From the NCBI RefSeq assembly GCF_000315625.1, contig NW_005434656.1, forward strand, positions 62,001 to 126,000: a DNA stretch of 64,000 nt, given 5' to 3'. A program made the position numbers and the translations under genes. The DNA is from Guillardia theta CCMP2712. Its lineage: Eukaryota; Protista; Cryptophyta. Below, piece after piece: positions 24,542 to 36,600 of the stretch. Every line of letters starts with the position of its first letter. Position 1 is the stretch's first letter. The notes below the pieces were generated by a model. That model was not told the origin of the DNA. It saw nothing but the letters and a program-made list of their open reading frames with translations, and did not search any database.

Positions 24542-26090
24542 ATGATGGGAAATGATGGAGATCGATCGGAAGACGAAGAAGATGTATGAAAAGACTCAAT
24601 GACGGTTCCAGATGAACGAAGGAGACGGGTTGGAATTCTAACCGTTCCAAGGGGCTTGCGGCAGACCACTGATCCCTTATCAAAGGAGAACAAGCTGCAC
24701 CAGCAGCAACAAGTCGTGAGCCAAATGAAAATAGACGGTTCTCTTCTGAAGGAGGAGCTCCTAGAGGAACCTAGTACCGCTAGCTTCAGCCAAAGCAGAA
24801 ATCAAATGGAACTGGCAAGGCCATTTGGCTGTTTGTGTTGATTGGGGGGATACGAAGAGACGAGGATGAAAGAAAATTTGAAGAGACACTAGAATGCAAT
24901 ATGAGTGCCCCAATGAGACCATTGGGAGAGTTCGATCCTCCAGGTGTATGCATGTAAGGATAGTAGCCAAGGACAAATGTGGTGATGATGGAGAAGCTCT
25001 CGCGCGTTTGAAGACTTGACCTTGCATGCTTGGAGTAGGACAATGTATTTATGATTCAAAGGTTCCACTGATGGACTAAGTGCTGAGCTCAAAAGCAGAA
25101 GTTTTTTTTGGTTAAGTCTTGCGAATTAGCAAGTCTGGGAATGAACCAGGAACATAATCACATCAAAGCATACACCTTTAAGGGAGGAGACAAACCATTT
25201 TATTATGTATACTCTAGACTGTCGATGGGCAATGATGCCATACTGTCTTGTACGAGTGGCCCTGTGATTCATGGTAGTGACCAACGGGTTTGGATCGTAG
25301 TTTCACGACATTCGAAGCGGCTTCAAAATAGGATTTCCTGACATTTTATCACGTAGGAGAATCTTCTTAAACCAATTGGACAACTTTGGAGTGCTGTGAT
25401 ATGCTTGAATAGCTTGTGACCCTTAGGATCAGAAATGACGAGCAGCTGGTGAGAGCACTGAATTTCTTGGAAGGTTTGTCTGACCCTTTTGTCACCAGCA
25501 GGTGAAATTCAAATGAGTTGGATCGTATTTTTCCTCTCTGACTGAGAAGGCAACTAGCTTTGGAGAAGGTAAGCACATTGTCACTTTGTTTGATTCAGCG
25601 AGAGCTCTTGACTGTCAACGTCAGAATGTCGGGCAAGGACGATGTTGATGAGACTTTCTCGATAGTAGCCGGGGCATCGTCTCGGCACCCAGAGCAAGCA
25701 GGTGGTCTCTTCTCACTCGTTGTGCTCTATAGTGAAAGCCATGTTGCATCAGCCGCTGATAGGAGCTCCGAGAACGTTACGGGGTCGGAAGCAAACCAAG
25801 CAACAAGGGACCAATTTGTACAGAAGTTGTTTAAGATTGATCCAAAGGATTATCAGAATTTTTCTACCGAAAAGAAGATAAGATTGGTACGTGAAATGAT
25901 ATGATTGTTTGACTTCTGATGTTTGGTTATCTCTCAAGGCATGGCTGGCTGGCTCCATTGCTTACATCCAAACTCTTCAAGAAGAGCAAGGAGGCAGCAT
26001 CGATGGACGGATGATGCCCTGCTCACTTCCTTTCTTCACACGACCAGGAGCAGAACCGGTTCTGCACGCAGGGGAGGGAATGGCTCGTGA
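24542..26090 (+). CDS. Hypothetical multi-exon protein
   Basis: Short coding-like segments (IRNDEQLVRALNFLEGL, RDQFVQKLFKIDPKDYQNF) separated by GT..AG stretches. The structure is not resolved. Confidence 0.35.
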
Positions 26091-26399
26091 AGGGGAAGCG
26101 GGAGCAAGGGGGGCGGAAAGAGGGGCTGAAGAACATTCGGAGAAGGAGAAAGATTGAACTTCGCACAGTGCAGAACTTCATGCTTGGGTTATTTTCATCC
26201 TGCAAAGTCTTGCGGCGCAAGATCAGAACAGGCGCCTCCAGTCTGCTTCCGTCCCGGACGTCTGCAAGCCTGTCTTCCTCGCCTGCACTCCACCTGAGTA
26301 ACACACGAGCTCTTGGTCTGGATCAGTACGAGCTTGCATGTGCAGGACGGTCTTTCCTCCTTCGCCCTCGTCTGATCCCGCTGACTCTCAGGGATTGAA

Positions 26400-29312
26400 A
26401 TGCTGGCAGCTAAGGCTTGCGCTAAGCTTGTAATTTAAACCGCCTGGAGGCTCCGCGTTTGATGATTGAGTTTTAATATTCAAATCCGTCATAAAAAATT
26501 GAAAAAAATAATCCTCCGACTTCATCGCACATTGAAATACATTCGTACAAGAGTTGCTGCTTTGCCCCTTTCTTCCTGCTGCTGCCTCCTCCTTCCATGC
26601 CCACAGCCTTTCTAGCAACCTGCTCTCCCTACCCTGCTGTCCTTCATTCCCCATCTGCCATTCAGTATTTTCTCCGCCCGAAAGCGTCGTACTGCTTATT
26701 TCCCCCTCCTCCCTGTCGCAGCGTCAGCCGAGAAGGAGCAGCAGCAAGAGACTCGCCTGGTTCCGCGAGAGGAAGTTATGACCGAACCCCATGATCCCTG
26801 TCCTCTCGTCAGCCTCTACCTGCACGAATGACTCTCCCTACCTGCTCCCGCGGCACTCGGGACTCCAAACTCCGCATTACGAAGCGCCCCAGGCATGGCA
26901 TTCAAGCCTGCTCCTGCTCCTGCCCCTGCTCCTGCCCCTGCCCCTGCGCTGCCCGTCTTACTGATGAGAGGCAGACCACCTCTGTTGCTGGCCAGAGCCC
27001 CCGATGGGTTCGCGAGGTTCAGCCCGAGTCGCGAGTTGACGTTCTTGCCGACGTTTGACGAGACGTTGGGCATCAACCCGAAGTCACTGGAGCTCAAGTT
27101 ACGAGAGGAGGAGAAAGGCGCAGGCCGAGCACCTTCGATGCACGTGCATGCCAGCCGGGTTGTTGAACAGCCCCTTGGAGGCTCCAACTCCGAAACCATC
27201 ATTCTTGGACAGGCTCGAGATCCCGTTCTGATCTTGTCTCGAAGGCATGGAGCCAAAGACGTGATCTTGTTTCGGCGCAATAGAGCCGAAGGCGCTGTCC
27301 ACTTTAGAGATACCGAAGCCCAAGTTGTCGAGAGGTTTGCTTCCGAAGTGACTTTTCGCTTCTCCCACTCCCATCTCTGGCATGCCGAAATGCATCTTCG
27401 CAATGCTCGAGTCCGCGCCTGCGCAATCAATTCAACCTCGTCGTAAGATCCATGAGCTATCATCTTTGCTAGTTGAACGAGGACGAGGCCGAAGGAGAGG
27501 AGATAGAAAAGGATCGGAGGGGAGGGGGAGAGGGAAGAATAGAGCGAGAGGACAGAGATATCTGGTTTCCCGCACCTTCAGCTGGGTTGATCCCGGGCAT
27601 GTAGCGCGCGGATCGAATCTTCGACCCTGTCTGATTGAGACTCCCTGATGACGCCAAATCTCCCGACATGTCGGACGAGACGCCAGAGCTCGTTCCATTC
27701 TTGACAGACGCCGAGTCCTTGTCCTTGGTCCTCTTGGACTCGTAGTTCCCATACGTGTTCGCTCCTTGCCCACCCACTCGCACCTGCAAACTTCATCATA
27801 CGCCATCACCTCTCCACCTTCATCTCATCACATCCGTATGCGGAGCTAGATTCGAATGAATCCCTCTACTCGTCGCTGGCTCAGTCGCCTGCTCCGCAAC
27901 ATTGGGCGTCCTGGCACTGACTTGCTCTGTGGAGGAGGTCTGTTGGCTGGACATGTTCTTCATGGAGAGGGTCAGCCGGGAGAAAGGAGCGAGCGAGCAG
28001 CAGGCACCTGGAAGTAGGCATACTGCAGACACGCAGTCGCGTTCGGTCGCTTCGAGGGATCCCACAGGAGAGTGTCTCTGATGAGGTCGATGCCTTCCTT
28101 GGAAGCCGTGGGCATGAGACGAGCGAAGTCAACCGACACGTACTGCACAGAGACATCTTGCCATCAGCAACGGAGAGCAGGACATGAAACGCGTCACCTG
28201 CGGGAACTTGAATCTCATACTCGCTGCAAGCTTCAGCCCATCGGCGTAGGTTTCCTTGGAAGGGGTTCCAAGTACCGAGCAGATCTTGTTGATGGTGTCT
28301 GTTTCGCTGCTGCCAGGAAACAAGGGTCGGAGCATGTAGAGCTCTGCGAGGACAGCGATGAGTCGCTCGTTAGCCCCCTCTCGAGATTCACCCGTCATAA
28401 TGCAGCCCATGGCCCACAGGTCAACAGGGTAGTTGTATGAAGTTGACTGCAAGAGAACCTCTGGCGCTCGGTACCAGCGAGTGGAAACATACTCCGTGAA
28501 GGGAGGACGCGAGCGAATCTCTCTTGCCAACCCAAAGTCACAAATCTTTGCAAGGTCGCCCGTGATCATGATGTTTTCCGGTTTCATGTCACGATGGAAG
28601 AAGCCTTGTTTATGCATAAACGCGAGTCCCTGGCACATAGAGTGAGGTGGAGGGCTCAATGAAAACAAGGCAGATACCTGAAAGACTTGATACGAATAGT
28701 TTCTCACTGTTGATTCTGGGAAAGGCTTTGTACGATCCTGTATCATGTCAGAACCACCATCAATCGCATTCTAACCTCGCAAATCCCACCTTCATACATT
28801 CATACCTGAACCAAAATAAAACAAAAAGAATGAAGAAGTCAGTTCCATTTTGCAAGACAAGAACCTCCATCACATCAAAGAATTCGTAACATCGATCACA
28901 TACATGTTCTTCTCCATGAATTCAAAGATAAGGTGCAGATAGTCGTTCTCTCGGATAACTTCTTTGAGCTTGATGATGTTAGGATGCCTCAGCTTTCGCA
29001 GCGACTGACCAGAAGAAACCATCAATCGCCGTCATTGAGATGAAAGACTTCAAAGCACACCTTCACTTCTCTGAGAGACATGCATTCATCCCACGAATAA
29101 TACTTCCGCTTCATCCTTTTGATAGCCATCTGGGCAATCAGACATCACACTTTCAGATAGCCAACATCGCTCAGAGTTGACCTTCTCTCCTGTCTGCTTG
29201 TTGGTTGCAAGAATCACTTCGCCATACGTTCCGTCTCCCACCCGCTTCAAGATGGTGTAGCGATCCACTGCGAACGAAGTTAAGGGACAACAACGGCAAA
29301 TGAGGTACGACT
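26400..29312 (-). CDS. MAK: MAK/ICK (RCK family) Ser/Thr kinase with long low-complexity C-terminal tail, spliced
   Basis: [80 protein letters not shown]. The 3' end is approximate. Confidence 0.92.
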
Positions 29313-30049
29313 AGTATCTAGGGAGCATGCTGGTGTTAAAGCGAACGCTTCTGCACTTACTTGCTGAAAAGACGATGGAACAAGTGGCCAAGAAGCCACT
29401 GGAAAACCTTCCGCGACGCTCAAGACGAGAACCTGAGGGGCAACGTATCAATGGTACATGATGGGTCGTCGTGAAATGCAGCATCAAACAACGATCAACC
29501 ACACAGCCAAACAACCGGAGATCAGCTCGCATCTCATTTGAAAACGTACACATCCTTCTTGCTCAATACTGTATCGTCATATCTAACTGCTGACTCTCCA
29601 TTCTCGTTTCGCTTTTCCTTTAACGTTACCAACTAGCAACCTGTGAGTTGCTGTTTGGGTCGCATCGTCGCTGGTTCACTCAGGCGATCTCACTTGATCT
29701 CGTCTCATCTTGTCTGATCTCATAGTCTCTTGTTCACCATCCTCTTCCTCTTCGTTTCTTCCCGTCCTCTGCCTCCCCTCCATTGCCTTCTCCACAGGGC
29801 CTTGCATTGAAAACTTTCGAGCCCTCCAATACCCGGTCGATACCCCTCCTTCAACGTGCCCTACCCCTTTCTCAAATTTATCACCCCCTATAGACAGTCA
29901 AACTTAACCTTATCTCCTATGCAATCCTTGCCAAGAATACCACCCCCACCTATTGAAAAAAATAACCCCACCCACTCTTACAACCTTCGTACCCCTTGGA
30001 AACCCAAAGTACCCTCCCATCAGACCACAACTACCCCTAGTACCCTTTA

Positions 30050-30480
30050 AAAATAAAAGTGTTGTAAAGTAAAAATGCAGGTCATATTGTGCTTTTGAAA
30101 GGACTGCTGATGAATCTTAAAATAATTTAAAGTGTTGATATTTCAATGAAATATTTGAAATATTTAGTTAATATTTGAAAATTACAGAATATACAACAAA
30201 TATTAAAAGTATATTTCCGAATCATATTATCTTTACTGTAACAGAACAATATTCAACAAAAAAGGGATTTATTCCCCTCAATTTTCAATATGTGATGGAA
30301 AATATCCAAAGTTTAGGGCACTTCAAAACTTTTCCTTAAAATATTTTAATTTTTTTTGATTTATTAAATTTCAACGCATCGGTTTCAGTTACGATCGTTA
30401 CCAATATCAGTCAATCACCGTTACAAAACTGCAACACATATATATTTGTAACGTGCTTGTTGCAATGCATTCTATGGTGG
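30050..30480. other. AT-rich non-coding island
   Basis: Abrupt drop in GC, with A/T tracts and no ORFs. Confidence 0.8.
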
Positions 30481-30490
30481 GAGAGCAAAA

Positions 30491-32080
30491 CTAGGGGCGA
30501 TGGGTTACACGATCAAACATCTCCAGTGAAGCATGCGTTAAGGTGAAAAATATCAAACGACATGGCTGATGAAGACACCTGTCATGACAAGAGACGCTGG
30601 AGAAAGAATAGTCCAGGGGCAAGCATTTGGAAAAATGTTGTTCGTGGAATTGCCGCAGGAGCTCAGAACATGGTCTAGGCCATGGTAAGCCAGTCTCTCT
30701 CTGACTTGAGTTGGGCATCGAGCCTATCCTTCTCTGCCGCAAGCTGCTGATTCAATCTTTGCGCACTGGAAGACAATCAAACCCGTGGTACAACTTCGAA
30801 ACTGAAAACCTGTCCTGACGCAATTTTTCCAGTTGAGCTTCTAATCTTGCCTGACCATGGTAAAGTTATCACACGCGAAGTAAAGATTCGACATGGGGTC
30901 TTCCAGTCAGTCTCGAGGCACCTTGCTATCTGCACGTGATTTTTCAATCTTTTCTTGCAGTCTTCTCTTGGACTCGGCTCTCAGTTTCTCAAGCTCCTCG
31001 TCCTGGTGAGTCACGGGAGGGTCAGGTTGGAGGTAACTTGCATCAATAGCTCACGAGCTTTTGATTGTGCGACTGCCGGATGTCAGAGAGTGAGCGCTCC
31101 AACTTCGCGTCAAACTCCGCTCGAAGAACCCTGATCTGCAGCTCCAACTGTTTGCCCCACGTCATTGTTGTAGCATACAAGTACGGATTGAGCTCACACG
31201 CGACGACCCTTCTGCTCGGCTCCTTTCCACCTCTTCCTGCAACGCACGGTGATGTGAAGAATAGGTCAATGAGACATGATCAGGAACAACCTGTAGACGG
31301 TTGGAGTATTGGTTTCTTGATTGTTGAACCTTCTCTTCCAACTTTCTCGCTTCCATCTCAGCAGTCCTCCTTCAAAACCTCTCTCAGCACGACCAGCCAA
31401 AAGCTCTCGCCCTCGATGCATCACCGAATGGAACTCTTCAAGTCATTCTCATCCCCCAGGCTGTTTTGCCGTTGGGAGTACAGGCTCTGTATCTGCAGGA
31501 GGATCTCGCTCGTTTCTCCTCCCCTCACATACTTCACTTGGATATCTTTGTCCTGCACACCATGATGAGCAAGAACCGGTTTGTCAGCAGCATGTCACGG
31601 CGAGCATGCTGTTGCAACTTACGGTACTCACAGCACAGATAGAAGCGAGCTCTGCTGGTCCGCAACCCTGTAGAGGCCTCCTGTTGATCTCCAAGATTTC
31701 ATCTCCTGCTCTTATCTGCCACGTAAAAGACTCATTTAGACGCATTCAGCAGCTTTTCCAAGGGATTGGACCTGCCCCGAACGGTCTGCAAGACCCCCAG
31801 GAACAACGTTGTCCACAACATAGTTTCCGCTGCAGCAAGCAACGAACCACATCGTGAGCGACAGGGATCAGTCATATCATCACATTGTGTTACGTTTTCG
31901 GGCTCAATCGCAAGAGAAGACCGATACTCTTCTTATCCTGCATCTGGAACAAGAAAAAAAGGATCAGAGTGTCAATTTCCCCGAGGACTCGTTGTCTTTT
32001 GACAATCGAAGGGAACGACGTAAACTGATAACAAGGGATGATTTTATTGGGCATTTCACGCATTTCATAGACTGAGCTGC
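30491..32080 (-). CDS. PDZ domain + coiled-coil protein, spliced (ends approximate)
   Basis: SIGLLLRL...NYVVDNVVPGGLADRSGQ...AGDEILEINRRPL (PDZ), followed by E/K/R/Q-rich coiled-coil exons. Confidence 0.65.
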
Positions 32081-32414
32081 ATGATTGCCACAAAACTGAT
32101 CGATCCTCAAGCAGAGATAGGCTCTATCGCTCTCTGCCTTTCTATTCGCTCACGCGTTTCCCACCGAATGCTCAACGTTGGCCTCGTCTTGCTTCAAACG
32201 CTTCTCACTCACTCACCCTCTTCCTCTCTTCATCCACTCATCCTCAGCACTGCTCTCCTTGTTCGTCTCTGTCGTCCATCCCTGCCGCTCCTCTCGCACG
32301 ACCCACACCTTCCACCTTGCCGCCATTGCTGGTCAACCCCCCCCACGACCCCCCACCCCTCCCTTTCCCTTGGATTTAGTGAGAACAATCCCGCCACCGC
32401 CCTGTGCTCCGACA

Positions 32415-33290
32415 ATGGCGCAAGTACCTTTGGCGGAGATCGACGAGGACGGGAGTAAGAAGGCGGAGGCTGGTGGATGTGATGGGAGAGCAGAGACTCT
32501 CTCGTGTTGGCTACTCGAGCTGCATGAAGAAGGTTGAGATGGGGATGGAGAGCGTGCAGAGAACGCGATGAGATCAGGATCAGGAAGAGCAGCAGGATCA
32601 GTGGGGGGGGAGGTAAGGATCAGGATGAGGATGAGGATGAGGACGGAGATGAGGGTTCGCTGCACGAGATAGCTTCAACTTGATTCATAACTTTCAAATC
32701 CATGGGAATGATCGGGTTTGTTGTAGCCTTCAAGTATGTTTTGATCGACTGCAAGAATCAGGATCAGTCGTTCACAATCGTTCGCGGGTATGCATGGGTA
32801 GCCCTACCGGCCGCTTGTTCCCATTGTGTGAGTCTTCTTGGCAGGCTGAATACCATGACGACATCTATCAGGACGTGCACGCAAAGCTGAAGCAATCTGT
32901 TAGTTATGCTTGTGACGTCACCCGCTCGGGCTCCTGACCTCCATGGCAGGGGAAAATCACAGAATCCGAGTGTGTTGGGGGTGAGCAGAGGATGATAGGG
33001 ATGGTGGGAGAAGATCATGGCCGATGACAATGGCGATGCCAGGAGGAAGAATACAACATGACGCGTCTTCGAAGCATCTCAAGGTCTACGGTTACTCGCA
33101 AGGTGAGGAGGAACGAGCGGAGCAGGTCGGTGATGAAGATCTTCAGCATATGGACGCGCAGATCATGCCAAGTCAGTGGAGCTTCTTCGAGCAAGGTGAT
33201 CCCTGGGATGTTGTTGATGCTCGTCCGACCTCCTGCATTGTCGTCAGATATCCCGACTATGAAATTACTTGGAGTAATGATGGGTACTGA
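32415..33290 (+). CDS. PHPT1: 14-kDa phosphohistidine phosphatase (Janus/Ocnus family), 6 exons
   Basis: Spliced product MAQVPLAEIDEDGTFKYVLI...IVRGYAWAEYHDDIY...ECVGGGRIQHD...VYGYSQAYGRADHA...YPDYEITWSNDGY, with all introns GT-AG. Confidence 0.95.
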
Positions 33291-33638
33291 GAACATGGAC
33301 GTGGAGGATGTCGCTACTCGACCTACAAACACACTTTTGATTAAAGCTCATGCTATTGTCTATTGGAAGGAGAGATGTGTGTAACATCACAGCTCTCACT
33401 GACGATCTTCACTTCTTCATCGCCCCTCAGACTGGTTGAGTTCAAGGAAAGTATCATAATCATTGCGTTGCTTTCTAAGGAGGGGAGTAGAGAGGAGAGG
33501 AGAGGAGGAGTACCATAAGAGAAGCGAGCCATACAACATGCATGATACAACATACACGTGACAAACGCCATTTCTCTCTCTCTCTATGCGAACGTTGGTC
33601 TGTGGGGTAAAAAAACGTCAAAGTCAGAAATCAGGGCC

Positions 33639-36600
33639 ATGGAAAGGAGCAAGAGCGTGGAAGAGGATGGAGAGGGTGAAGAGGAGAGTAGCGATGGGGA
33701 TGGAAGAGAGAGAGAGGACATGGGGAGGGAGGAGGCGTTGATGGAGAGAGAGAACATGGGGAGGGAGGAGGCGTTGATGGAGAGAGAGGTCGACATGCTC
33801 CAAGATGGGGAGGAAGCAGGGGAAACGTCCGGCATGGAGTGGGTGCGAAGCGAACAAGGAAATGCCTTTGTGCATCGGATGCGGGTGACGAAGTACTTGG
33901 ATGTGACTAGTAGATGATTCACAATGCTACAGGAGGAGATGCTGCGGGAGAGGATGCTGCTTGAGGGCTGCGCATCGAGGGTCCAACAAGTTTGGAGGAG
34001 GAGGAGGATGAGGAGGGAACATTCCAGAATGTTCTGGCTGGTCCATGACGATGGAGGAAAGAAAATGTGTGACCTGATAGTCGATCAAGTCTTAGAGCAA
34101 GTCACTGACGAGGTTTCATTGTTGATGCATCACGCCGAGAGGTCAGGGAGAACTTGTGATATGATCGCTCAATCACGACATGGCATACTACAGGCTGCAG
34201 GGGGCTGTCAGGACGCGTCTCAGTCAGCTCAAGTTCCCTTGGTGGAGAGCTGAGAGACAGAGGGAGGAGCTTGCAGCTGTTGTGAGCAAGATGAACAACA
34301 GGCAGCGGTTTCGACGAGAGTACCTCTGTCTTGTCAAGCAACTCCCTGCTATCATCGCCCGCGAGGTGGAAGGACGAGTTCGAAAACGATTTGAGATGAT
34401 TCAGGTGATGTGGGAAGGAGGAGTGCTTGCTGATTGAGACGATGGCTCCTGTTTGCAGAAACCTTCCTCGAAATGCAAGACTGAGCACTTGTCTGCTCGT
34501 GAGATGATGGTCGTTCACTCTGGAGCAATCAGATTGGAAGCAAGTAAGGGGATCACTTGCGGTGATGATGTTGGGGAACAAAACATGTTGAACGATGATG
34601 TCATGATGATATGTAGAGACGTAATGACATGTAAGATGATGTCTTCTCCAGGTGTTCGAAGATGGAAGGCTCAGATTGACATGTTCTCAGCGTTTGCAGC
34701 AGCCCACGACATTATCTCCTCGTTTTTGCTGCAAGAGAGTCGTAGACTTGCTGGAAGGCTGAGACAGACTCCCGAGCAGGTCGCTGCCGATCTGATCAGT
34801 GAGAGTGCGGCCCGAGCAGTCAGGACAAGAGAGCATGAAGAGAAGAGGAGAGCGATTCTGTGCCTTCAATCGCACCTCGTCGTTGTGAACCTGCTCCTCC
34901 GATCGCTGTCAATGCATGTCAAGTCATCAGCGAAACACAGTCATGGCTACATGTTCTCTCTATCAAGATCCTCTGCAACGACACTTCAAGCACATGTCAG
35001 GAGCAGCTATCACCACACGACATTCTCACACTTCAAACACGTCATGTAAGTTGCGTGCGAACAAAAGTGATGACAAGATCTGACCAGCGCGCGTAGGGTG
35101 AGATGTCAAGCAATGAGGAAAGAAAACGTTTACGCTAAGAAGGCAAGCAGCGTCAGTGTCTTGTCAGTTCGCATCTCAACATGTCTTGTGAGACTGCGAT
35201 GGCTCGTCTTGTCCAAGCTCTTTGACTTGATCGCAAGTCTAGCATCCAGATGTTCAGAAACGGTTGATATTGAGTTTTTCTCTCTCCTGCAAGGCAACGA
35301 GTTCCCATCAACAACTGTTCTTCCGTCAGAAGTGCTTCATGTGCTAGCAGCCTTTCAAAGGGCATCTACTTTGTTGACATGTTTGAGTCAGCCGAGCTCC
35401 GAGAGGTTGGAGAAGGTCGAAGAAAGTCTTCTGGGTCATACAAAGTTCCTGCAACTGCTCACCGCTGAATTCATGTGGAGTTTGCAACAAGACAACGAGC
35501 TGGCGGGGATCTTGCAACATCTCAGCAGACATCTCATCTCTCCTAACGAGCTCGTTGTTCACATGTCAGATGTTTTCATCTCCTCTTTCCTTTCTAGGCT
35601 GCTCTTCTCACGGCGAGAAACGTTGTCCGATCCATCCCGATGGCATTTTCTCCTCGTGTTGCGGTCACATTTATCTCGCGGTCCCAGGGAGGTCGATCGT
35701 TTCCTGTCAAACTTGACGCAGGTCAGGCAGGTCTTTGATCGCCTCGTTGAAGCTGTTGTTTCTTGCTCCTGTCATAACACGATCGGCACACATGGCGTGA
35801 AATCGTCAACCATTCTCCTCGACATTCTCTTGAATCTGCTTCTGCACTCCAGGACAACCTTGGTGATATCACGGGATCACTTTCTTCGCCTGCTGTCGTT
35901 GTGTGTTGAGCTCGACAAGGAGCAATTCAGCGAATCTTTGAAACTCGTCTTGCGCATCCTCACAGTCTGCCTGCGGAAATCTCCCGACCTGTCGACGTTG
36001 GTGGAGCAGGAGAAGGACGCGCTGACCTCCTTGGCGAGGATCTTGAAGAGCGAAAATGCAAGCGGAGCCACTCCCAACTCGCCCATGAGAGAAGAGGAGG
36101 AGCTCTCGTGCCAAGCATGTTCCTGCCATCCCTGCTCCTTGGAGGCGATGCAGCTGCTAGAAGCTCTTCACATCTTCAATCGCGTCATAGCGCAAGTCTC
36201 GCAGGACCATGTTGACATCGTGAAGAGTTTGACAAGAAAAATGACCTGCCCCTCCTTTCAGTGTCGATCTGCTGCCATCAGAGTCCTCGCAGCCCTCGTG
36301 CGATGCTACGGGGCTGTCAAGCGACTCGTGCAGAAATCGCCGAGACTGCTGCGTTCGGTCTTGAATGCTCTTGCAAACACGAACAATGAAGAGCACATGG
36401 AGAAGATCGGCAAGTTTGTTGTTTACAGTTTCTCCGACTTCCCTTCATTCATCTGCTCGTCGTACAAGAGAGAGCTGGAAGAGTACAAGAACGTCTCCTC
36501 CCACGACATGCCCGTCAAAGATCAGAGCTCTCACCGCCACCTCCACTCCATGCATGACGCTCATTCGAACAGATCGCCTCGAAGATCCAGCATCAGAGAT

